Of a stretch of 47,816 nucleotides of DNA, positions 18,833 to 27,461 are shown one piece after another. The stretch lies in the sequence record NC_071003.1; one strand, written 5' to 3'. The notes beneath the pieces are model-generated. The model was given only the letters and a program-made list of their open reading frames with translations. It had not been told where the DNA came from and made no database searches. The stretch's first letter is position 1; each line of letters opens with the position of its first letter. This stretch comes from Enterobacter phage vB_EclS_CobraSix. A program made the position numbers and the translations under genes.

Positions 18833-20890
18833 ATGGCTACCACACCTACTCAGAAACCGGTCCCGAGCGAATCACCGATTGATCTGAAATACAACGCCGG
18901 GAAAATTGACGAGTTCGTTACCTCGATGGGATGGACTTACATTGACCGTTTCGGCAATAAGCATTATACGATCGAGGGCCTGCGCTGGCTGGCACAGCAG
19001 GCCATCTCCCAGTTCGGGTATATCACCCTGGACAGCTTTGAAGGCGGAAATACGCTTACGCTTCCAAACCAGGTTCTGCGACTTGAAGCGACCGGCGAAT
19101 ATTATCGCTGGGACGGTCCTTTCCCGAAGGTGGTATCTCCTGACTCCACTCCAGAATCTACAGGCGGCATAGGTCCTGGAGCATGGTTAAGTGTTGGTGA
19201 CGCATCTCTTAGAACACAATTGGGAAATAATGATGGGTTCAGGCTTCTTGGTGAGTGCCCAGATGTAGCCACCCTCCGTCAAACTGAACCCAAGAGCATT
19301 GGCCAGTTGATCCGGGTACAAAATTATTACTCAGACAAATTTGGTGGTGGGGGATTCTTCCGCAGTGTTAATCCCGGATCGCTGGTAGACGATGGCGGTC
19401 TTTATATCAAAACGTCCGGCGGAGCTGTGTGGCGTCGGTGCGTCAAAAATAAACAGGTCAGCACAGAAGAATATGGATGCTGGGATGGGAATACAGGATC
19501 TGACAACTCTGCACGCCTGTTGAAAGCATGCGCCTCTGGTCTTGACGTGAAAATGATGGGGGAGAATTATAATGTCGTTAGCATCCCTTCAAGTCGCTTC
19601 AGCCTGACCGGTAGAATGAAAGCCTCTACTACTGATTTTTCCACAGCATACGGTCGTACGCTCCTGACATTGACCGGAGCGAATGTAACTTATGATATCG
19701 ATATCGACATGCAGAATTTCGGCGCTGGTGGTTTTATCAACCAGGGTACAGACACTGTTGGTCGCATCAAGGTTTCGAATATCTATGGTGCTAACAGAAC
19801 GACTTATGGCCTCCAGAACGCAGTAACGGATGAAGGAACAAGAAACACCATTTCTGCCATTATTCGTAATATTCAGAAGGGGGATACTGGTGTTGATCCG
19901 CAGCCTGCTGCATTCACCGTAGGTGCTACAGCTCAGCGAGGAAACTACCCAGATGTTAACATCTATGACAGTCAAGGTGGGGTAATCGTTGCAGCCACCA
20001 CTGAAACGGTATTCGGTGTTATCACTGCCAGGTTGATCCACGATAATGGAATTTACTGCCTTGATGGTAGTCGCGTTTCGATCTCTGAAATGGTTGTTGA
20101 TAACGGATTAGGCGAGCCCGTTGTAAATGCTGGCGGGATAGTAAACATAGGGGTTCTGCGTATCAGAGAGTGCTCTGGATATGGCATTACATACTCGTAT
20201 AGTGGAACAATGCGCATCGATGCCCTGTATATCGACAACACCCTAAGTTCATCTATTATGCCAATTCTTCGTAGCAGGCCTGATAATGTTAGCAGCACAA
20301 TCCGGATAGGCCGAATCGAGGGAACATGCGTTCTTGCTGGAGTTACTGCTAGCATTCTTCATTCTATGTTCTCTATAACGCAGGGTGTGACAGATTTGTT
20401 CATTGGCGATGTAAACCTGCGAGTGAATTATGTAACCGGATCATATCTTGGCATGGCAGATTTCTCGGGTTGCTCAAGGATCCAGTTAGGTAACTGGACG
20501 ATAGATTTCAACGACACCACAGGCACACTCACATCAGCAAGCATCGCTTACTTCGCTCTACCTTCGACAGCTCAGCTCGCCGGTTCTCAGGTTGGGTATC
20601 AGAACTACAGATCAACCACAGCCACAGTGCGAATGACTAATGTCGGCAACGACACAATAGATTTTGCTGTAGGTCAGGCGCTACAGGTAAATGCAGGACC
20701 CTACATCAGTAGCGCCGTTACAGCCAACTGTCGCATATTTCACGCGGCGGCAGTACCAACAGCAGGCAAGTGGTATAGTGGAGATAAGATATTTATCATC
20801 ACTCCGGGTACAGCAGTGAAACTTGGCTGGGTTTGCACGCAAACTGGAGACTTCTCAGGCACTGCGCCGACATTCCAGTTGATGGTGTAA
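18833..20890 (+). CDS. Tailspike / tail fiber with beta-helix (pectate-lyase-like) receptor-binding/depolymerase domain
   Basis: 685 aa with an N-terminal anchor domain. The C-terminus carries repetitive beta-helix-like motifs (NGIYCLDGSRVSISEMVVDNGLGEPVVNAGGIVNIGVL...). Confidence 0.7.
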   Translation: MATTPTQKPVPSESPIDLKYNAGKIDEFVTSMGWTYIDRFGNKHYTIEGLRWLAQQAISQFGYITLDSFEGGNTLTLPNQVLRLEATGEYYRWDGPFPKVVSPDSTPESTGGIGPGAWLSVGDASLRTQLGNNDGFRLLGECPDVATLRQTEPKSIGQLIRVQNYYSDKFGGGGFFRSVNPGSLVDDGGLYIKTSGGAVWRRCVKNKQVSTEEYGCWDGNTGSDNSARLLKACASGLDVKMMGENYNVVSIPSSRFSLTGRMKASTTDFSTAYGRTLLTLTGANVTYDIDIDMQNFGAGGFINQGTDTVGRIKVSNIYGANRTTYGLQNAVTDEGTRNTISAIIRNIQKGDTGVDPQPAAFTVGATAQRGNYPDVNIYDSQGGVIVAATTETVFGVITARLIHDNGIYCLDGSRVSISEMVVDNGLGEPVVNAGGIVNIGVLRIRECSGYGITYSYSGTMRIDALYIDNTLSSSIMPILRSRPDNVSSTIRIGRIEGTCVLAGVTASILHSMFSITQGVTDLFIGDVNLRVNYVTGSYLGMADFSGCSRIQLGNWTIDFNDTTGTLTSASIAYFALPSTAQLAGSQVGYQNYRSTTATVRMTNVGNDTIDFAVGQALQVNAGPYISSAVTANCRIFHAAAVPTAGKWYSGDKIFIITPGTAVKLGWVCTQTGDFSGTAPTFQLMV

Positions 20891-20893
20891 AAG

Positions 20894-20920
20894 AAAAGGC
20901 GGCTAATGCCGCCTGTCTTT
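20894..20920 (+). terminator. Rho-independent terminator after the tail operon
   Basis: AAAAGGCGGCTAATGCCGCCTGTCTTT. Confidence 0.6.
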
Positions 20921-21011
20921 CGATGCGAAGAGGACATGCTTTGACTAGATTTGGCTTTACTTGCAATCGGCATGGGATACAATGCGGTGATTTGCTGTCT
21001 GGTGCTTGCAA

Positions 21012-22304
21012 ATGTCAGATTACACATCGATATTTACGTACATATTTCCGATCATATACTTTACTATACTTTTCTTTCTTGCTGCTCATTCTTTCATCAG
21101 GAACGGGATCAGATTCAAATCTGTAGGTCTGATGTTCCTTGTGATAACTCATTTCGTTGGCTACGCGTCTTTACCTTTCCGTGTTGATGCGCTTGTTCCC
21201 GCTGATGTATATATGCCAGTAGAGTATATAAATGATGTTTCACTAAAATCATTCATCGGAATCATAATATTTTATCTGGCATCTCATTTACTATCGCCAA
21301 AGCCAAGAGGAATGGCGAGAGGGAAGATTTTTTTCGGATCTGCAAACTTATTTGTAGCAATATCGTTGTCGGTATCTATCCTTGCAATGATCATCTTCTA
21401 CATAACCAAAGGTTCATCATTCGACTCAGATAATTACGCATCTAAATTAGGGGAAAATGCGGGGAGCGGGCTTTTGCTTATGCCTATGTCAGCTTTTGTT
21501 CCCGCCGTTATTGTCTATAGCTTCACATCTAAATCAAAATATGCATTTGCTAAGTCATGTGGCATTTCTATCCTGTTTGGTGTTGCTTTTTATATACTCA
21601 TAGGTGGCTCAAGAAACGTAATGTTCTCAGCATTATTAATGGCGACCTTGATATGCTTCGTAACAGGAAAGATAAATAAATTCAAGTTCTTGATTATTGG
21701 ATGCATAGGGCTTTTCCTTGTGGCGGCGCTCGGGATGCTGCGCTACTCAAACTCCATGTCCAGTTCAGGAGCAGCGCTAAGTTTGGCTATACAGTATCTG
21801 ACTGACAGTCTGTCCCCAATAAACTACCAGTACGAGGCGGTAAAATATTACGACAACACAACAAATCCCGACGCTGTTGGCGGAATATATTACATGTTTA
21901 GCCAGTTTTCTGGATTTGTGCCGCGCTTCCTTTGGGAGGAAAAGCCAATTGTTACAATGAACAGCTCATACTATTTTACGACTAACATACTAGGTATGAG
22001 TAGCGGATTGAACATGGCCTCGACTTTGCTAGGATCATCACTAGTGTTGTTCGGCGGATATTTTTATTGGCTGGCTTATGCGTTATCAGGTCTGGTTGTA
22101 AGGATGTTGGATATAATAATAAACAGCAACAAACTTACGGTTATGTCAATAGCTGGTTTCGTAACGGTGCCTTTCACTTTCTTTATGGCCCGAGAAAGCG
22201 TTGAGCTATTTATGTTCATCTACTTTAAAAACCTAATTGTCGTAAGCTTTGTCTACCTTTTATTCAAAGTAGCCTCATCTATTATCCCAAAGAAAGCCGC
22301 TTGA
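21012..22304 (+). CDS. Polytopic membrane protein, Wzy/EpsG-like (putative O-antigen/polysaccharide polymerase; lysogenic conversion)
   Basis: About 430 aa with more than 10 predicted TM segments. Very AT-rich (foreign), carries its own promoter-like TTTACT-N17-TACAAT, and sits directly after the tailspike. Confidence 0.4.
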   Translation: MSDYTSIFTYIFPIIYFTILFFLAAHSFIRNGIRFKSVGLMFLVITHFVGYASLPFRVDALVPADVYMPVEYINDVSLKSFIGIIIFYLASHLLSPKPRGMARGKIFFGSANLFVAISLSVSILAMIIFYITKGSSFDSDNYASKLGENAGSGLLLMPMSAFVPAVIVYSFTSKSKYAFAKSCGISILFGVAFYILIGGSRNVMFSALLMATLICFVTGKINKFKFLIIGCIGLFLVAALGMLRYSNSMSSSGAALSLAIQYLTDSLSPINYQYEAVKYYDNTTNPDAVGGIYYMFSQFSGFVPRFLWEEKPIVTMNSSYYFTTNILGMSSGLNMASTLLGSSLVLFGGYFYWLAYALSGLVVRMLDIIINSNKLTVMSIAGFVTVPFTFFMARESVELFMFIYFKNLIVVSFVYLLFKVASSIIPKKAA

Positions 22305-22340
22305 CCTATTAATTCACCCCTCAAATATCGAGGGGTGCAT

Positions 22341-22496
22341 CTAACCCTTCATCTTATTAGTTACTTCAAGCGCCAGCCAGGCAGCGATAAGCAGCAAGAA
22401 TATGGCAACAACCCACTTGTTATCCACGGACCCGGTGACGAGAAGGCACACCATTGAGACACCCAACACTCTTGGTATGTTTATCCCGTCCTTCAT
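22341..22496 (-). CDS. 51-aa membrane peptide
   Basis: MKDGINIPRVLGVSMVCLLVTGSVDNKWVVAIFLLLIAAWLALEVTNKMKG. Its start overlaps the stop of an upstream 21-aa ORF (ATGA). Confidence 0.35.
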   Translation of the reverse strand: MKDGINIPRVLGVSMVCLLVTGSVDNKWVVAIFLLLIAAWLALEVTNKMKG

Positions 22497-22558
22497 ATAT
22501 CAGTACCGGGCAGCGCAAAGACGAACAGCACAACAGCCATGATAAGTAGCCACTCCAT
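22497..22558 (-). CDS. 21-aa hydrophobic leader-like peptide
   Basis: MEWLLIMAVVLFVFALPGTDI, with a perfect SD AAGGAG 8 nt upstream and an extended -10 (TGGTAAAAT) further upstream. Confidence 0.25.
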
Positions 22559-22632
22559 CTTTTTCTCCTTTAAAAAAATCATTTTACCACATGGTTGAGA
22601 ATGATCACTTGATCAGTTCTTCTGAATGATAA

Positions 22633-22652
22633 TACTGTATTAATATACAGTG
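22633..22652. promoter_or_regulatory. LexA (SOS) box TACTGTATTAATATACAGTG
   Basis: CTGT-N8-ACAG palindrome lying 20 bp upstream of the umuD'-like start. Confidence 0.75.
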
Positions 22653-22673
22653 GCGTTTTAGGGGGGGTGGGAC

Positions 22674-22979
22674 ATGGAGGCAAAAGCACAGAGATACAGG
22701 CTTGAACAGTTATGTGGGGTTAACCGCTACTCATGCCTGGTTGAAACGTCAGGCGGTTATGCGCTTTTTCAGCCTGATCTTGTGCCCGACAACGGAACGC
22801 GCGTGCTGGTGCATGCGTTCGGACAACTACAGTTCGCGGTCGTTATGGGCGGGGCGCTCATCACCGAAGACGGTGAAAGCATAGAAGGCGATGGTTTAGA
22901 TGAAGTTGAAGTCATGGGAGTGATAACCTTCTTTATAAATGGCGCTGCGGCGTTCACAGACGACAATCCGGTGATGTGA
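22674..22979 (+). CDS. UmuD'-like polymerase V accessory subunit (truncated S24-family)
   Basis: 101 aa, stop ATGA-coupled to umuC. Shows weak similarity to the UmuD core (QRxxLxQL...ETSG). It lacks the N-terminal arm, and the catalytic Ser/Lys appear substituted. Confidence 0.5.
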   Translation: MEAKAQRYRLEQLCGVNRYSCLVETSGGYALFQPDLVPDNGTRVLVHAFGQLQFAVVMGGALITEDGESIEGDGLDEVEVMGVITFFINGAAAFTDDNPVM

Positions 22980-24247
22980 TGTTTGCCCTGGTCGATGTGA
23001 ACTCATTTTATGCGAGCTGTGAGACAATATTCAGGCCCGATCTGCGCGGAAGACCTGTTGTCGTTCTGTCGAATAACGACGGTTGCGTAATAGCACGTAG
23101 CGCCGAAGCAAAGGCTGTCGGGATAGCGATGGGTGAGCCGTTCTTCAAGCAGAAAGAGCTGTTCCGGCGGGCTGGCGTTGTTTGCTTCAGCAGCAACTAC
23201 GAGCTCTATGCAGACATGTCCAGCCGGGTAATGACTACGCTGGAAGAAATGAGCCCGCGCGTGGAAATTTACAGCATAGACGAAGCCTTTTGCGACCTGA
23301 CCGGCGTAAGAAACTGCCGTGACCTGACTGAATTTGGTAAAGAAATCCGCGCGACCATTTTACAGCGGACGCATCTCACAGTTGGCGTCGGCATAGCCCA
23401 GACCAAGACGCTGGCGAAGCTGGCTAACCATGCTGCGAAAAAATGGCAACGGCAGACTGGCGGGGTGGTTGACCTCTCAAACGTCGACCGGCAGCGCAGG
23501 TTAATGGCACTGGTGCCGGTAGAGGATGTCTGGGGCGTTGGCCGGCGCATCAGCAAGAAACTGAACGCTATGGGCATCAAAACGGCACTGGACCTCTCAG
23601 AACAAAGCACGTGGATTATCCGCAAGCACTTCAATGTCGTGCTGGAGCGAACCGTCCGGGAACTGCGCGGCGAGCCATGCCTGGATCTGGAGGAGTTCGC
23701 GCCGGTGAAGCAGGAAATTGTATGCAGCCGATCTTTTGGCGAACGCATTACTGACTATGAGCAAATGCGGCAGGCTATTTGCAGCTACGCGGCCCGTGGT
23801 GCTGAAAAGCTTCGCGGCGAGCACCAGTATTGCCGTTTTATATCCGCCTTCATTAAGACCTCTCCGTTTGCCCTTAATGAGCCGTATTACGGAAACAGCG
23901 CATCGGTAAGGCTGCTCACGCCAACGCAGGACAGCAGAGACATCATCAACGCCGCGGTAAAGTGTCTGGACAAAATCTGGAAGGACGGTCACCGGTACCA
24001 GAAAGCGGGTGTCATGCTGGGCGACTTCTTCAGCCAGGGCGTGGCCCAGCTCAACCTTTTCGATGACAGTGCACCTCGAGCTGGTAGCGAGAAGTTAATG
24101 GAAGTGCTGGATCACCTGAATGCAAAGGACGGAAAGGGCACGCTCTATTTTGCCGGGCAGGGTATACAGCAGCAATGGCAGATGAAGCGTGAAATGCTGT
24201 CGCCTCGATACACTACGAGATTTTCAGATTTGCTTGTTGTCCGATAA
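22976..24247 (+). CDS. umuC: Error-prone DNA polymerase V catalytic subunit UmuC (Y-family)
   Basis: 423 aa. N-terminus MFALVDVNSFYASCE...SNNDGCVIARS...YSIDEAF is a highly conserved enterobacterial UmuC sequence. Confidence 0.9.
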   Translation: MMFALVDVNSFYASCETIFRPDLRGRPVVVLSNNDGCVIARSAEAKAVGIAMGEPFFKQKELFRRAGVVCFSSNYELYADMSSRVMTTLEEMSPRVEIYSIDEAFCDLTGVRNCRDLTEFGKEIRATILQRTHLTVGVGIAQTKTLAKLANHAAKKWQRQTGGVVDLSNVDRQRRLMALVPVEDVWGVGRRISKKLNAMGIKTALDLSEQSTWIIRKHFNVVLERTVRELRGEPCLDLEEFAPVKQEIVCSRSFGERITDYEQMRQAICSYAARGAEKLRGEHQYCRFISAFIKTSPFALNEPYYGNSASVRLLTPTQDSRDIINAAVKCLDKIWKDGHRYQKAGVMLGDFFSQGVAQLNLFDDSAPRAGSEKLMEVLDHLNAKDGKGTLYFAGQGIQQQWQMKREMLSPRYTTRFSDLLVVR

Positions 24248-24249
24248 AA

Positions 24250-24547
24250 GAGGTGCGCACCTGATAAATCTTACAATCGGATCGGCGGTGATTATGCTGA
24301 TGACAGAGGTAGGCGTAAAGCTGCGTGTTACAAAACTGGAATGAGCTACGCAAAGTTGAGGCGATGGGGCATATATGGGGCATGAAACAGCACTCGCTCT
24401 AAGGTGAACTCAGACGACTGATGTTTTCTACGACTATAACCATCTGTTATTTGGTGCGCTCTTGGACGATCTTTGTCGATTATGAAAAATGTATGCTCAT
24501 GTGATGGGCATGCAAGTTTAGGTTATCTAACCTAATGATATTTATAA
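24250..24547. other. attP region
   Basis: Noncoding stretch between the cargo and the int 3' end. Direct repeats ATGGGGCAT at 24364-24372 and 24375-24383, and TGGGGCAT/ATGGGGCAA at 24573-24591. An 18-bp palindrome TTAGGTTATCTAACCTAA at 24518-24535. Confidence 0.5.
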
Positions 24548-25843
24548 TTAATAACCATCCGATCCCACGGCGTGGGGCATGGATGGGGCAAACTCACTCA
24601 ATTTCTGGTTGAGAATGAGTACTTGGTCCTGGTTATTTTCAGCCATCCAGGATCCGTACACCCGGTAAACCATTTGCGCGTCGGTGTGGCCCATTTGCTT
24701 CGCGATGAAGTTCGGGTTTGCACCGGCAGCTAACGACCAGCATGCATACGTGTGTCGGGACTGGTATGCTCTGCGATAGCGAATCCCGGCGCGTCGCATT
24801 GCCGCTTCCCACGACTGGTTAATCGACCCCACTGCGTAATGATGCCCGGCACGGCCATTACGTGATGCGATCTGCGGGTTGAACACGAACGTGCACGGAT
24901 GCACATCTGTACGGCCATACTCGCGCAGTTTCACCTCAACCTGATACTGCTTACCCAGGCGTGTCAGTTCTGCCTGACTCTTCAGCACGTCGATCGCTGG
25001 CTGAATGAGGTTGATGATACGGTCCGTCCCGGCCTCTGTTTTCGGAAGGGTGAACTCCTTCGTTAACGTGTGGTTCCGGCGGATCATCATCGTACCCGCT
25101 TTCAGGTCGATATCTTCCCAGGCCAGCGACACAAGTTCTCCGTGGCGCACGCCAGTGTAGACGGCCAGCGACCACATGTTTTTCAGCTGCTGGTGGGCGC
25201 AGGCATTAATCATCCTGACGAACTCCTCTCGCGTCAGCGGGTCCGGCTCGCAACGGGAGCGCTTGAGAAGGGCGATCCCATTAAAAGGACTGACCTTCAC
25301 ATACCCACTGTCGGCAGCGAACTTAAACATTCCGCTCATGGTCTTCATGTAGTTGTTGACCGTTCTGACTGAGCGGCCCTTAACAGGCGTTTTCTGCCCG
25401 ATTTTCAGCGTGTGATAACCGGTCAGCAATTCCTTCCTGATAAACAGCAGGTCTTCCTGTGTCACCGCAGAAACAAGCCTGTCCCCGCCAATTCTCGGCA
25501 CCATATTGCGCACTATAGATGTATAGCGTGACATCGCATTGGTGCTGATCTCCATGCGCTTCAGCTCCAGCCATTTATTAGCCAGTTCGAGAACGGTTAT
25601 CTCCTTGCTCTCCACGCCAAACCTTCTCAGGTTCGGTGAATCAGGGAACTGGGCCGCATAATTGAAGTTGCCTGTCTTTATCGCGAAGCACACCGAAGCG
25701 CGCAGCTCGCCAGCGACCTTTCTATTTTTTGGTGTATCCGGCACTCCGAGGCTTTCACGCACCCGGCTGCCTTTATAGATGAACCATATGCGGAGCGTAC
25801 CGCCATGGTTTTCCACGCCTGTTGGGTATGCTGACTTAGCCAT
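24548..25843 (-). CDS. int: Tyrosine integrase
   Basis: 431 aa. C-terminal catalytic region (...HTYACWSLAAGANPNFIAKQMGHTDAQMVYRVYG...) and a strong SD GGAGGG. Confidence 0.9.
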   Translation of the reverse strand: MAKSAYPTGVENHGGTLRIWFIYKGSRVRESLGVPDTPKNRKVAGELRASVCFAIKTGNFNYAAQFPDSPNLRRFGVESKEITVLELANKWLELKRMEISTNAMSRYTSIVRNMVPRIGGDRLVSAVTQEDLLFIRKELLTGYHTLKIGQKTPVKGRSVRTVNNYMKTMSGMFKFAADSGYVKVSPFNGIALLKRSRCEPDPLTREEFVRMINACAHQQLKNMWSLAVYTGVRHGELVSLAWEDIDLKAGTMMIRRNHTLTKEFTLPKTEAGTDRIINLIQPAIDVLKSQAELTRLGKQYQVEVKLREYGRTDVHPCTFVFNPQIASRNGRAGHHYAVGSINQSWEAAMRRAGIRYRRAYQSRHTYACWSLAAGANPNFIAKQMGHTDAQMVYRVYGSWMAENNQDQVLILNQKLSEFAPSMPHAVGSDGY

Positions 25844-25888
25844 TATTCCCTCCTGACGTCCAAGAGCCCGCTAAGCATAAACGGATCT

Positions 25889-26134
25889 TCATTGGCGCGC
25901 ACCCGGCTGTTTCTTTGACATGCTCTCAACCCACTGGTCGACAGCCTTTCGGTTGTACATGCACTCACTGTTTTCTTTTGGATTTCCGTCAGGTGCAACG
26001 TGAAGATATTCGCGTCCAACCATCCAGGACTTTTTACGAGCTGCCTCGATAGTTCCCGGGCGAAGTCCGGTAATCTCGACGAGCTTCTCTTGTGTTACCC
26101 AGTCGTTGGGCACAATTAAGGTCATTTCGCTCAT
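25889..26134 (-). CDS. xis: Excisionase
   Basis: 81 aa immediately upstream of int, with an MerR/Xis-like HTH (LVEITGLRPGTIEAARKK). Confidence 0.6.
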   Translation of the reverse strand: MSEMTLIVPNDWVTQEKLVEITGLRPGTIEAARKKSWMVGREYLHVAPDGNPKENSECMYNRKAVDQWVESMSKKQPGARQ

Positions 26135-26149
26135 GGTTGTCTCCAGGCA

Positions 26150-26180
26150 AAAAGAAACCCGCTCGATGGCGGGTTTAATA
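26150..26180 (-). terminator. Rho-independent terminator (minus strand) after a moron
   Basis: ACCCGC-loop-GCGGGT hairpin, followed by TTTCTTTTTG on the minus strand. Confidence 0.45.
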
Positions 26181-26202
26181 TTAAGAGATTTTGATTAAGT
26201 GC

Positions 26203-26736
26203 TTAGTTAATTTTTAATTCGCGCTTGGCTTCTGCGACTAAATTACTAAGCAACTTTTCCGAGAGAGTGAGATCCTTTTCTGACGCTTCATAACTTTCTA
26301 TAGCATCCTCATGCCAATCATCCATCATTTTCTTTCTCGCATTAACATAAGCATCGAGCAAGCTTTTAACTTTGCTTGTTAATGTGAAGTCAGCTAACTG
26401 CGCTATCCTTTCAAGCTCTTGAAGATCAAGCCAATACTCAGTTCGTAACTTATCTTCAATGTCTTTCGGATGTGGTTTGAACCTAGACTCACCAGGTTCC
26501 ATTTGCGCATATTCGCAACGGAGAAAGTAGTCATTGCTCATCTTAATCCGATACGCAATATTGATGATTTCTGTGAACGCTTCCAATCGTTTTTCCCACC
26601 ACTTCTCTTTGTAAAATTTATTCAAAGCAAACTTGGTAGAGAAATATGCTGCTAGCGCAGCTACAAGTAATGGAACAAAAAATTTTGATAGAACATCCGT
26701 TAAATCCAGCGTTGTTTGCACAGGCATGGCGGTCAT
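26203..26736 (-). CDS. Membrane-anchored hypothetical protein (AT-rich moron)
   Basis: 177 aa with an N-terminal TM (FFVPLLVAALAAYFSTKFAL) and a charged helical cytoplasmic domain. AT-rich relative to flanks. Confidence 0.5.
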   Translation of the reverse strand: MTAMPVQTTLDLTDVLSKFFVPLLVAALAAYFSTKFALNKFYKEKWWEKRLEAFTEIINIAYRIKMSNDYFLRCEYAQMEPGESRFKPHPKDIEDKLRTEYWLDLQELERIAQLADFTLTSKVKSLLDAYVNARKKMMDDWHEDAIESYEASEKDLTLSEKLLSNLVAEAKRELKIN

Positions 26737-26779
26737 TTCATATCCTTAAATCATTAAAACTGTACTCATCATAACTTGA

Positions 26780-26992
26780 TCATCGAATATGTTTAAGCGC
26801 ATGTTCTTTTCTTTCCTGGCACTCCGCGCACGTCTGGCAGCCGGGAACGGCAGCGCGCCTCGGCTCGGGAATTGGTTCGTCGCATTCTTCACAACGCTCA
26901 GCTGATAAGGCGTTGCGGTTCAGTCGGTGAGCGGAAAGGGCAGCGTTACGCTGAAGTTCTTCAATCTCTGCTGCTGTGTCGATGATATCCAT
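26780..26992 (-). CDS. TraR/DksA-family C4 zinc-finger protein
   Basis: CEECDEPIPEPRRAAVPGCQTCAECQ. Confidence 0.65.
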   Translation of the reverse strand: MDIIDTAAEIEELQRNAALSAHRLNRNALSAERCEECDEPIPEPRRAAVPGCQTCAECQERKEHALKHIR

Positions 26993-27002
26993 GATTCACT
27001 CC

Positions 27003-27143
27003 TTAAAGTCTTCACCAGCCTTTTTCCCGGCTTTCCATGCCAGCCAGATAAGCGCTGTTACATCGTCTGAGGGTGCATCTTCTACACACCATCCAGTTTC
27101 TTTTTCGTACCAGTCTTTAAATTCCTGTGTCATTTCGTCCATA
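27003..27143 (-). CDS. Small hypothetical protein
   Basis: About 46 aa in the early-left operon. Confidence 0.25.
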
Positions 27144-27230
27144 GTTATTCCTCGAAGAGTCGATTAATGCGGTTGAAGGTGAATGCCAGCAATAAAAAAG
27201 GCCGCGATAGCGACCTTGTTATTTGGGATG

Positions 27231-27461
27231 TCATGGCTGTATCCACCCCTTGCCTTTGACGTGCTGGATGACACCAAGCTTCCTGAGCGACTGGAGTCGG
27301 CGGTCAAGGATGCGGAATACGTCCATCGGGTGCTTTCCTTCTGCTTCAGCAATGACGAGGCACTCCTGTCTGACGGAAGGGCTAAATATCTTCGAAAACG
27401 AGGTTGGCTGAGCGCCGATAGCGCTTAACACTTCGCTATCAAGCTTCGCGTATTTGGTCAT
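27231..27461 (-). CDS. Hypothetical early protein
   Basis: 76 aa, overlapping its neighbour. Confidence 0.35.
   Translation of the reverse strand: MTKYAKLDSEVLSAIGAQPTSFSKIFSPSVRQECLVIAEAEGKHPMDVFRILDRRLQSLRKLGVIQHVKGKGWIQP

Noticed and set aside
22574-22660. LexA box also repressing the divergent small-peptide operon
   Set aside because: The box is about 60 bp upstream of the best minus-strand -10 (TGGTAAAAT), probably too far for direct repression. Left as an open question, not a claim.
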